Shown: in pieces, positions 27,453 through 35,692 of the stretch
Numbering within the stretch: position 1 is the first letter of the stretch
Layout: each line of letters starts with the position of its first letter
From: Acidobacteriaceae bacterium
GTDB taxonomy: Bacteria; Acidobacteriota; Terriglobia; Terriglobales; Acidobacteriaceae
Assembly (NCBI GenBank): GCA_003132325.1
Contig: PKXK01000075.1
Coordinates: forward strand, 23,763-87,762
Direction: 5' to 3'
DNA: 64,000 nucleotides
Translations under genes and position numbers: made by a program
Notes under the pieces: model-generated
Told to the model about the DNA's origin: nothing
Database searches by the model: none
What the model saw: the letters and a program-made list of their open reading frames with translations, nothing else

Positions 27453-29583
27453 ACCCGCCGCCCACGCGGCCACAACAAACGGTAAGGAAAAGGGCGAGTA
27501 CTTCTGCGGCATCGACATCGGTGGCACGTTCACCGATTGCGTGGTGCGCGACCAGGCGGGACGCCTGACTATCGCCAAAGCGCTCTCTACGCCGGAAGAG
27601 TCTTCCAAAGGCTTTTTCGCGGCGCTCGATGCCGCCGCCGCCAAACTCGGCCTGACTCTGCACGACCTGCTGTCGAACACGCAGCTTCTGCTGCACGGGA
27701 CCACTCTCGGCACCAACGCACTGCTGGAACGCAAGGGCGCCAAGACCGGACTCATCACCACTCGCGGTCACGCCGACGCCATCATCATGATGCGTTCGGT
27801 TGGCCGCTCCGCCGGACTCCCGCTTGACAAACTCCACCACGTCTCGCGTCATCAGAAGCCGGTTCCTCTCGTCCCTCGCAGCCTGATCCGCGAAGTCAGC
27901 GAGCGCATCGACTTCAGCGGGGAAGTTCTCCTGCCGCTGAACGAAGACGAAGCTCGCACCGCCATCCGCGAGTTGCTCGATCAGGGCGTACAAGCAATCG
28001 GCATCTGTTTTCTCTGGGGATTTGCCAATCCTGCCCACGAGATCCGTGTGCGCGAAATGATCGAAGAAATGGCGCCTGACGTGTACGTTACCTGCGGGCA
28101 TGAACTGATCTCCAAACCCGGCGAATATGAACGCGCCGCCGCCGTCGCCATCAACTGCTTCATTGGCCCCATGATGTCGCGCTACGTCATTCGCATCGAG
28201 GAACAAGCCCGTGCCCTCGGATATCGCCGGCCGCTTGTCATCATGCAATCTTCCGGAGGCGTGGCCGGCGCGGCGGAAGTTGCCCGTACGCCGGTCTTCA
28301 CTATCGGCTCCGGGCCCGCCGGGGGCCTCACTGCCAGCGGTTTTCTCGCCTCGCTGCTCAAGCAAAACAATGTTATCGCCTCCGACGTCGGCGGTACCAG
28401 CTTCGACGTTGGATTGGTGAGCGACGGCGTTCCCCTCTCCGGGACGGAGACAACCGTAAATCAATACACATTTTCCGCCCCCCACCTCGATCTGGTCTCG
28501 ATCGGCAGCGGCGGCGGCTCCATCATCTGGGTGGATGAGAAAACCGGGGGCCTCAAAGTCGGGCCCGAATCCGCCGGAGCCAATCCCGGCCCCGCTTGCT
28601 ACGGCCACGGCGGCACGCGCCCTGCGGTCACTGACGCCGACCTGATTCTCGGCTACTACAATCCCGATTACTTCCTCGGAGGGAAGCTGCAACTCGACAA
28701 GGCCGCCGCCACCTCCGCCATGGACAGAGTCGGTCGCCTGCTTGGCATGACCGCCGTGGAGACCGCTGCCGGAGCCGTCCAGATCGTTGAGTTCCAAATG
28801 GCAGAACTCATGCGCCAGATGACCGTCGAACGCGGCTTTGATCCCCGCGATTTCGTCGTCTACGGGTACGGAGGCGCAGCCGGCGCGCACGTCGCCGAGT
28901 ACACCCGCGAATTGGGCTGCCGTCGGGTCGTAGTCCCGCTCGGCGCCACCGCCTCCACCTGGTCGGCGCTGGGAGTCCAGGCGGCCGATCTTCTGCACGT
29001 TTACGAAAAATCGCGGCTGTTCATGGCACCGTTCCCCAGCAAGGAGTTCAACCAGATTTTCGAAGAGCTCGAACGGCCAGCCCGTCTGCAACTCCACAAA
29101 GATGGGCTGAAAGACAGCGATATTGCCATCGAACGCGCCGTGGAAATGAAATTCAAACTCCAGATCCACACCGTCGAGGTTCCGCTGCGCTGCGGCAAGC
29201 TCAGCGACCGGCACGTCAAGGAACTTGAGACTGCGTTCATCGAGAAGTACGAACGCACTCACGGGCGCGGCTCGGCCTTCACCGCCGCCGGAATTGAAAT
29301 CGGCCTTTTCCGCGTGCGGGCACGCGGCCGCATTCGCCGGCCATCGCTTCAGAAAAGGACAGCCGTCAAATCGGCCGGCGCCATCGACCGCCGCGAAGTT
29401 TACTGGCGCCGTTTTAAGGCATTCCGCACAACGCCCATCTACGATGGGGCGCGGCTGAAAACCAACGCGGTCGTGAAGGGCCCAGCCATTGTTCAGCTGC
29501 CCGAAACCACCATCGTCGTTCCACCGCGTGATGAAGGACATTTTGATGGTTACGGAAATTTTCTTTTGACCTTGTCCGACTGA
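27433..29583 (+). CDS. Hydantoinase/oxoprolinase A family ATPase (acetone-carboxylase beta-subunit-like)
   Basis: GIDIGGTFTDCV (Hydant_A_N), ..DVGGTSFDV.., ..IGSGGGSI..; 716 aa. It overlaps the previous gene by 20 nt. Confidence 0.9.
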   Translation: MSTRKVKPAAHAATTNGKEKGEYFCGIDIGGTFTDCVVRDQAGRLTIAKALSTPEESSKGFFAALDAAAAKLGLTLHDLLSNTQLLLHGTTLGTNALLERKGAKTGLITTRGHADAIIMMRSVGRSAGLPLDKLHHVSRHQKPVPLVPRSLIREVSERIDFSGEVLLPLNEDEARTAIRELLDQGVQAIGICFLWGFANPAHEIRVREMIEEMAPDVYVTCGHELISKPGEYERAAAVAINCFIGPMMSRYVIRIEEQARALGYRRPLVIMQSSGGVAGAAEVARTPVFTIGSGPAGGLTASGFLASLLKQNNVIASDVGGTSFDVGLVSDGVPLSGTETTVNQYTFSAPHLDLVSIGSGGGSIIWVDEKTGGLKVGPESAGANPGPACYGHGGTRPAVTDADLILGYYNPDYFLGGKLQLDKAAATSAMDRVGRLLGMTAVETAAGAVQIVEFQMAELMRQMTVERGFDPRDFVVYGYGGAAGAHVAEYTRELGCRRVVVPLGATASTWSALGVQAADLLHVYEKSRLFMAPFPSKEFNQIFEELERPARLQLHKDGLKDSDIAIERAVEMKFKLQIHTVEVPLRCGKLSDRHVKELETAFIEKYERTHGRGSAFTAAGIEIGLFRVRARGRIRRPSLQKRTAVKSAGAIDRREVYWRRFKAFRTTPIYDGARLKTNAVVKGPAIVQLPETTIVVPPRDEGHFDGYGNFLLTLSD

Positions 29584-29595
29584 GGAGGCTCGCTC

Positions 29596-31887
29596 ATGGT
29601 TTCACCGTCTGTGCAATGGGATGGCCGCAACTATCCGTACGTGGCCCCGAAAAAACTCTCGATTGATCGCAGCCTCAAGCTGCACACTGCCGCCGAGGCA
29701 AGCATCGATCCTGTCACCTACGAAGTCGTGCGCCACGCCATGTGGAACATGAATGTCGAACACGGCAACACCATCATGAAGATTTCGGGCTCGCCCATCT
29801 GCGCCTACGGGCACGACTTCAATCCTTGCCTGCTCGATGAGATCGGAGACTTCGTTTTTTTCGGTCCCTTCCTGCAATACCTTGGCTCTGCCACTACCTC
29901 TGCCATCAAGTGGACGCTGGAAAATCGTTCCACTAATCCCGGCATCGAGGACGGGGACATCTTTCTGACGAACGATCCGTGGATTGGAGCCACGCATCAA
30001 TCCGATGTCACCCTGATCGCTCCGCTGTTCTGGGAAGGCAAACTCTTTTGCTGGGTGGGCAACACGCTCCACCAGTGGGATCTCGGCGGGACTTCCCCCG
30101 GGGGCTTCAATCCCCAGGCGCCGGATATCTTTTCGGAAGCCGGCTGCATTCCGCCGATAAAGATAGTCGAAAAAGGTCGCCTGCGCCGCGATATCGAAGA
30201 GGAATACATCCGCCGCTCCCGTGTGCCGCAGTTGGTGGCCCTCGATCTGCGCGCCGAAATCGCTGGCTGCAATGTGGCCCGCGAGCGCATGCTCAGTCTC
30301 ATCAAGCGCTACGGCCCGGAAACCATCAAAGGCGTCATCCGCAAACTCCAGAACGATTCCGAGAAGGCTTTCCTGGCCCGCCTGAACACCATTCCCGACG
30401 GCACCTGGCGCGAAGTCGGCTGGATCGAGATGGCAAACACGCAGGATCGCCATATTTACCGCAACGCTCTCACGCTCACCAAACGAGGCAACAAGCTGAT
30501 CTTCTCCAACGAAGGCACCGACCCGCAGTCCGGCACGCTGAACTGCACCATGGTCGCGTGGAAAGGCGCCATCGCCTCCATGATCTGCGCCCAGATGCTG
30601 TTCGACCAGATGTTCGTGGTCGAAGGCGCCTATCGTCACTGTGAATTCAACGCGACCCCGGGGACGCTGACCTGCGCCACCTATCCCGCCGCGGTAAGTG
30701 CCGCACCCGCTCTGACGCTGCTGCAGACGATTGCGCTGGCCGGACTGGTTATCTCGAAAATGCTGGCCTGCTCTTCCGATCCCGAACTCCGCAAGGAGGT
30801 GCAAAGTTGCATGGGAGCGGCCATGTATCCGATTGCCGCATTCAACGGAATCGATCAGCGCAAATCTCCATTCGTTTCCTTCCTGCTCGATCCGGTGGGC
30901 GCCGCACTGGCCGGCCTCTCGTGGCGCGACGGCGTGGACACCGGCGGTTGGCCCTGGGACCTGCAAAGCACCATGCCCAACGTCGAAGAGCATGAATGGT
31001 TCTATCCCATCTTTTATCTATGGCGGCGTGAACTGAGAGATTCCGGCGGTGCCGGCAAGTTCCGGGGAGGCAACTCCGCCGAACTCGCCTTCATCCCGCA
31101 CAAAACCGATCGGCTCACCTTCATTACCGCAACCGGCCACGCCGCGGTTCCTCCGCCGGGATTGTTCGGCGGATCGCCTCCCTCGACGACCCGCTATACC
31201 ATCAAGCGCGACGCCCGCGTCCGCTCGCACATGAGCGAGACGGGCAAGATGCCCGACACGCTGGAAGATCTGCCCGGCAAGACTGAGTATCTCGCGCCGA
31301 AAAGCTTTAACATTCCCGCCCTTCCCGACGACGTGTTTGTGCTTGCCTGGGCAGGCGCCGGGGGCTACGGAGATCCGCTCGAGCGCGATCCGGAAGCCGT
31401 GCACCGCGACCTGGTGAATGGCAACATTACCGCGGACTGGGCCAAGCAGGCGTATGGTGTGGTATTCGATCAGAGTGGCAAGCTTGATAAAGCCGCCACC
31501 GATCATATCCGCGATCAACTTCGTGCCGGGCGACTGGCCAACGCGCCGAAGAAGGAGCATTTCAAAGCCAACGTGGACGGCGCCCGCCAGGTGGCAGAAG
31601 GGTTGTTGCTCGTCGGCTTCGGCAGCGAGGCCTTCCTCGCCTGCGCCAAGTGTCACACCCGCATCAGCCGTGCTCGCGACAATTACAAGCTGCACTGCGT
31701 AACCGAATCACACCCGGTTACCGCAGCGAATCCGCACATCTTGGATCCTAAAACTTACATCGACGATGCTGTCGTTTTCCAGACTTACGTGTGTCCCGGA
31801 TGTGGCCTGCTCCTGCAAACTGAGATCCTGCGACCGGGCGGCGAACCGCTCTGGGATCTGCAACTCGCCGAGGTGAAGCGCAAGTGA
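29596..31887 (+). CDS. Hydantoinase B/oxoprolinase family subunit (acetone-carboxylase alpha-like) with fused C-terminal gamma-subunit-like Zn ribbon
   Basis: DPVTYEVVRHAMWNMNVEHGNTI.. and ..GAGGYGDPLERDPEAVHRDL.. form the HyuB core. The last ~110 aa carry CAKC...CPGC (two CxxC pairs). Confidence 0.9.
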   Translation: MVSPSVQWDGRNYPYVAPKKLSIDRSLKLHTAAEASIDPVTYEVVRHAMWNMNVEHGNTIMKISGSPICAYGHDFNPCLLDEIGDFVFFGPFLQYLGSATTSAIKWTLENRSTNPGIEDGDIFLTNDPWIGATHQSDVTLIAPLFWEGKLFCWVGNTLHQWDLGGTSPGGFNPQAPDIFSEAGCIPPIKIVEKGRLRRDIEEEYIRRSRVPQLVALDLRAEIAGCNVARERMLSLIKRYGPETIKGVIRKLQNDSEKAFLARLNTIPDGTWREVGWIEMANTQDRHIYRNALTLTKRGNKLIFSNEGTDPQSGTLNCTMVAWKGAIASMICAQMLFDQMFVVEGAYRHCEFNATPGTLTCATYPAAVSAAPALTLLQTIALAGLVISKMLACSSDPELRKEVQSCMGAAMYPIAAFNGIDQRKSPFVSFLLDPVGAALAGLSWRDGVDTGGWPWDLQSTMPNVEEHEWFYPIFYLWRRELRDSGGAGKFRGGNSAELAFIPHKTDRLTFITATGHAAVPPPGLFGGSPPSTTRYTIKRDARVRSHMSETGKMPDTLEDLPGKTEYLAPKSFNIPALPDDVFVLAWAGAGGYGDPLERDPEAVHRDLVNGNITADWAKQAYGVVFDQSGKLDKAATDHIRDQLRAGRLANAPKKEHFKANVDGARQVAEGLLLVGFGSEAFLACAKCHTRISRARDNYKLHCVTESHPVTAANPHILDPKTYIDDAVVFQTYVCPGCGLLLQTEILRPGGEPLWDLQLAEVKRK

Positions 31888-33458
31888 ACATCGGCCTCAT
31901 CGCATCGCGTAACGCACACCGCTATTGCAATAAGATCGCGCTGGTTGACGCCAACGCCGGCCGCCAGGTGACTTGGCGAGAATTCAACGATCGTGTCAAT
32001 CGCTTGTCGCATGCTCTCCTCTCGCGACAGCTGACCAAGGGCGACCGCGTTGCCATCTACTCCAGAAATTCGCTTGAGTACCTCGAACTCTTCATGGCCT
32101 GTGCCAAAACTGGAATCGTGGTTGAACCGATGAACTGGCGGTTTACACCCGAAGAAGTCGCGGCCACGCTGCGTGACGGCACGCCTCGCGTCATCCTGGT
32201 CAGCAATGAATACGCGGACTGCTATCGATCGATCAGCTCCGGTCTGCCGTTCATCGAACTGGTGGTCGGAATCGGCAATGGGCATGGTTTCGACACGGAT
32301 TACGATGCGTGGATCGCTACCTGTGCGAATTCCGAGCCCGAAACCGTCCACACCGTGGGCGATGACGATCTCTACTTCATCTGCTACACCGGTGGCACCA
32401 CGGGCGTGGCGAAGGGCGCCATGATCACCCATAAGAACGCCTACACCACCATGGTGAACATGACGGTTGCCGAGCAGATTACCTCGAACGACGTTTACAT
32501 CATCATGGGCCAGATGTTCCACATCGCAGTGCTCCTGCCGCACGGTTACATGTTCCATGGCGCCAAGGTCATCATTCTCAACTTTGATCCGCGCCGCGTG
32601 TTGCAGGTCATCCAGGAGCATCGAGTCACGACCCTTCTGGCCATCTCCACGATGATGAACTACATCATGGACGTGCCCGGCTTCGGCAACTTCGACACCA
32701 GCACACTCCGTCTCATCTCCTACGGCGGCGGCCCCTTCGCGTCCACCACCCTCGAACGCGCCATGCGAATGTTTCCGGGCATAGGCTTCCTGCAATATAT
32801 GGGACAAACCGAAGTCAGCATCATGTCGGCATGGCTGGGCCCCGAAGATCACGTCCGCGGGTTGGAAGACAATCCCGGCCTGCTCCACTCCTGCGGGCGC
32901 GAGGCCCTTCTTTGTGACGTTCGGGTCGTGGACGAACACGATCAGGACGTCCCGCGCGACGGGAAAACTCCCGGCGAGATGATTGTGCGCGGCGGAAACG
33001 TTATGCGCGGCTACTGGAACATGCCCGAACTCACCGCGGAGACCCTGCGCGGAGGCTGGTGCCACACCGGGGACATCGCCACCTGGGACGCCGACGGCTA
33101 CATGTACGTGGTCGATCGCAAGAAAGACATGATCGTCTCCGGAGGCGAAAACATCTTCAGCGCCCGCGTTGAGGAGATCATCTACCGGCACCCGGCCGTA
33201 AAGGAATGTGCTGTGATCGGAGTCCCTCATCCCGTGTACGGAGAAACTGTGAAGGCCTGCGTCGTGCTGCGGGAAGGCTACACCGCCACCGCCGAAGAAA
33301 TCATCGAGAGTTGCCGCCCTCACCTCGCCAGCTATCAGAAGCCGACCTCGGTAGAATTCCTTGATGCCCTCCCCAAATCCCCAACCGGCAAGCTCCTCAA
33401 ACGGGTCCTGCGGGAAAAACATTGGGGCGACCACTCCCGCCGAGTAGGAGGCGCCTGA
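31884..33458 (+). CDS. AMP-forming acyl-CoA synthetase/ligase
   Basis: GTG start overlapping the hyuB stop (GTGA). ..ICYTGGTTGVAKGAM.., ..GWCHTGDIA.., ..DRKKDMIVSGGENI.., ..PKSPTGKLLKR... Confidence 0.9.
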   Translation: MNIGLIASRNAHRYCNKIALVDANAGRQVTWREFNDRVNRLSHALLSRQLTKGDRVAIYSRNSLEYLELFMACAKTGIVVEPMNWRFTPEEVAATLRDGTPRVILVSNEYADCYRSISSGLPFIELVVGIGNGHGFDTDYDAWIATCANSEPETVHTVGDDDLYFICYTGGTTGVAKGAMITHKNAYTTMVNMTVAEQITSNDVYIIMGQMFHIAVLLPHGYMFHGAKVIILNFDPRRVLQVIQEHRVTTLLAISTMMNYIMDVPGFGNFDTSTLRLISYGGGPFASTTLERAMRMFPGIGFLQYMGQTEVSIMSAWLGPEDHVRGLEDNPGLLHSCGREALLCDVRVVDEHDQDVPRDGKTPGEMIVRGGNVMRGYWNMPELTAETLRGGWCHTGDIATWDADGYMYVVDRKKDMIVSGGENIFSARVEEIIYRHPAVKECAVIGVPHPVYGETVKACVVLREGYTATAEEIIESCRPHLASYQKPTSVEFLDALPKSPTGKLLKRVLREKHWGDHSRRVGGA

Positions 33459-33797
33459 ATGCCAAAAATTGGACAAGGCCTGCTCACTTCCGGCCGCGAA
33501 TGCCAAGGCACGCTGCGCGTCGTGGACACTATTCCGGATGTCCTCCGACTCATGCGGGAGGACCTCTCGGACGTAATCCTCTTCATGCAGTCGGCATCGG
33601 CCACCGCCGCTACTCCGCTTTTTGCGAAGATCAAGGGCATTGTCTGCACTGCCGGTGGGGCCACGTCTCACCTGGCGATCGTCGCACGTGAATTTGATCT
33701 ACCTTGCGTGATGGCCAGCGCGATGGAACACACCAACGGTCTTGACGGCCGCAGAGTCAGACTGAACCAGAAAGGCGAGATTTTTCTCGACAACTGA
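33459..33797 (+). CDS. Stand-alone PEP-utilising-enzyme mobile (phosphohistidine swivel) domain protein
   Basis: 112 aa. ..IKGIVCTAGGATSHLAIVAREFDLPCVM.. is the PEP_mobile signature with the catalytic His. The ATG directly abuts the ligase TGA. Confidence 0.85.
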   Translation: MPKIGQGLLTSGRECQGTLRVVDTIPDVLRLMREDLSDVILFMQSASATAATPLFAKIKGIVCTAGGATSHLAIVAREFDLPCVMASAMEHTNGLDGRRVRLNQKGEIFLDN

Positions 33798-34705
33798 TGG
33801 ATCGCCCCCCCACTCAAACCCGCGTCTACATCAATCTCGGCTTCCCCGAACTGGCGGCCAAGTATGCCAAGCTGCCCTGCGACGGCGTTGGCTTAATGCG
33901 TGCCGAGTTTTTTGCGCTCTCCATGGGAATCCATCCCAAGAAGCTGATCGCCGACGGGGGCGACATTGCGTTCATCGATTCCTTCGCCAATGGCTTGGCC
34001 ACAGTCGCCCAGGAATTCGCACCCCGACCGGTATTCTTTCGAACGCTGGACCTAAAATCCAATGAATACGCCGGCCTCGAAGGCGGCGGCCAATACGAGC
34101 AGCGCGAAGAAAATCCCATGCTCGGCTTTCGCGGCGCCTCCCGCTACCTTGCCGATCCCGAAAGCTTTCGCCTCGAACTCCGGGCGGTGAAGCGCGTGCG
34201 CGACGGAGGCCTGCGAAACGTTCGCCTGCTGCTCCCCTTCGTCCGTTTTCCACGAGAACTGAAAAGATGCCGCGAAATCGTTGAACAGGAGGGCCTGTTC
34301 GCCGATCCGGAGTTCGAACTCTGGATGGTCGCCGAGGTCCCCTCCAACGTCTTGCTGATTGACGAATTTCTGCCGCTGGTGTCCGGCATCTCGATCGGTT
34401 CCAACGACCTCACGCAGCTTATGCTCGGAATTGACCGCGACAGCGCTCGCCTGGCTAAGGAATTCGACGAGCGCGATCCCGCGGTCCAGAACGCAATCGC
34501 AATCATCGCGAAGGCCTGCCGGGCCGCGGGGAGGCCGGTCTCCATTTGCGGAAATGCGCCATCGCGCTATCCGGAACTCGTTCCCAGGTTGATTTCCGCG
34601 GGCCTGACCAGCCTGTCGGTTTCACCGGAAGCGTTTGAAGCCACGCTCAAGGCTGTGGTCGAGGCCGAAGCCATGTTGGGATTTGCTGCAAGACCGCTCC
34701 AATAG
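33797..34705 (+). CDS. Stand-alone PEP-utilising-enzyme C-terminal TIM-barrel (PEP/pyruvate-binding) domain protein
   Basis: ..DGVGLMRAEFF.., ..NPMLGFRGASRY.., ..ISIGSNDLTQLMLG.., ..VSICGNAPS.. are the PEP-utilizers_C signatures. The start overlaps the previous stop (TGATG). Confidence 0.85.
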   Translation: MDRPPTQTRVYINLGFPELAAKYAKLPCDGVGLMRAEFFALSMGIHPKKLIADGGDIAFIDSFANGLATVAQEFAPRPVFFRTLDLKSNEYAGLEGGGQYEQREENPMLGFRGASRYLADPESFRLELRAVKRVRDGGLRNVRLLLPFVRFPRELKRCREIVEQEGLFADPEFELWMVAEVPSNVLLIDEFLPLVSGISIGSNDLTQLMLGIDRDSARLAKEFDERDPAVQNAIAIIAKACRAAGRPVSICGNAPSRYPELVPRLISAGLTSLSVSPEAFEATLKAVVEAEAMLGFAARPLQ

Positions 34706-34759
34706 AACGGCCGTCAGGTTACTGCCGGCCGAATGACGAAATGCTGGGTGCTAACTCCT

Positions 34760-35686
34760 ATGTCTGAACCTCAACCGCAAGACGACTTCATCCATCCCAC
34801 CGGCGAAGAGCCCACCTGGCGCGAAGCCTGCTATTTTGATTTCTTCGATCCCGCCAGCCGCCTCTCCAGCTTCGGCTACATTGGCGTGCACCCCAACCAG
34901 CAAGTTGGCGACGTCATTTTCGCCCTCTGGCGCGACGACGTTCTTCTCGGCAGCTTCACCCGCTGGGACTTCAACATCCCGCGCGATATCGGCGCAGAGC
35001 GCCTCGGCTTCGGGCATCTCTTCTTCCGGCCGGTCGAGCCGTTCAAAACCTGGGAAATTTATTTCGATGATGGCCGCGTCCGCGTGGACACCACCTTCCA
35101 CGCTATCCATCCCGCCTACTTTTGGGGCCAGTCTCACGGTGCGCTCGAGAAAACCAACAGCCATCACTACGAACAGCAGGGACGCTACACCGGCGAAGTG
35201 CGGGTTGGAGCGGAACGCTACAAAATCGATGGCGTCGGCGTCCGCGACCACGCCTGGGGATGGGGCGCCCGCGCGGGCATCCGCCGCTGGATCTGGGCCT
35301 CCGCGCAGTTTTCCAGCGGCTTTGCTTTCAATACCTTTCTGATTACCCTGGCGGACGGCCGCGAAATTCTATACGGATATATCTGGCGGGGAAAACAGAA
35401 CGAATTGATCCGCCGTTCGACGCTGAAGGCTGAATACGCGCCCAAAGGCCAGGCTCCCGCCGCGCTCACGCTCGCCATGGAAGGCCGCAATGGGGATCGG
35501 GTCAGCGCCACCGCTAGAGTCCTCAATGCCTTCAACACCTCGTTCCAGGAGCGCAACAAGACTGGCTATCACTACTTCGGCGCGGCCAAATTCCAATGCG
35601 AAGGCCAAGTTGGCTACGGACAGATCAACGTGCACTGGCAAAAACAGGAAGACCGTCCGGAAAACTGGACGGTCTCGCAGGAGTAA
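34760..35686 (+). CDS. Conserved hypothetical, unknown family B, copy 1 (beta-rich, RDHAWGWG motif)
   Basis: Paralog of 56766-57701 and 60005-60877 (shared ..EPxWREAxYFxFYD.., ..GxGxRDHxWGxx..W..). The MSEPQPQ start was chosen by alignment to the paralogs; ATG at 34733 is possible. Confidence 0.7.
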   Translation: MSEPQPQDDFIHPTGEEPTWREACYFDFFDPASRLSSFGYIGVHPNQQVGDVIFALWRDDVLLGSFTRWDFNIPRDIGAERLGFGHLFFRPVEPFKTWEIYFDDGRVRVDTTFHAIHPAYFWGQSHGALEKTNSHHYEQQGRYTGEVRVGAERYKIDGVGVRDHAWGWGARAGIRRWIWASAQFSSGFAFNTFLITLADGREILYGYIWRGKQNELIRRSTLKAEYAPKGQAPAALTLAMEGRNGDRVSATARVLNAFNTSFQERNKTGYHYFGAAKFQCEGQVGYGQINVHWQKQEDRPENWTVSQE

Positions 35687-35692
35687 ACCACT

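Noticed and set aside
27400-29541. 713-aa minus-strand ORF
   Set aside because: It lies exactly antisense to hyuA and has Gly/Ala/Arg-rich composition with no motifs. It is a shadow ORF.
31785-33671. 628-aa minus-strand ORF
   Set aside because: It lies antisense to the acyl-CoA ligase and swivel genes. It is a shadow ORF.
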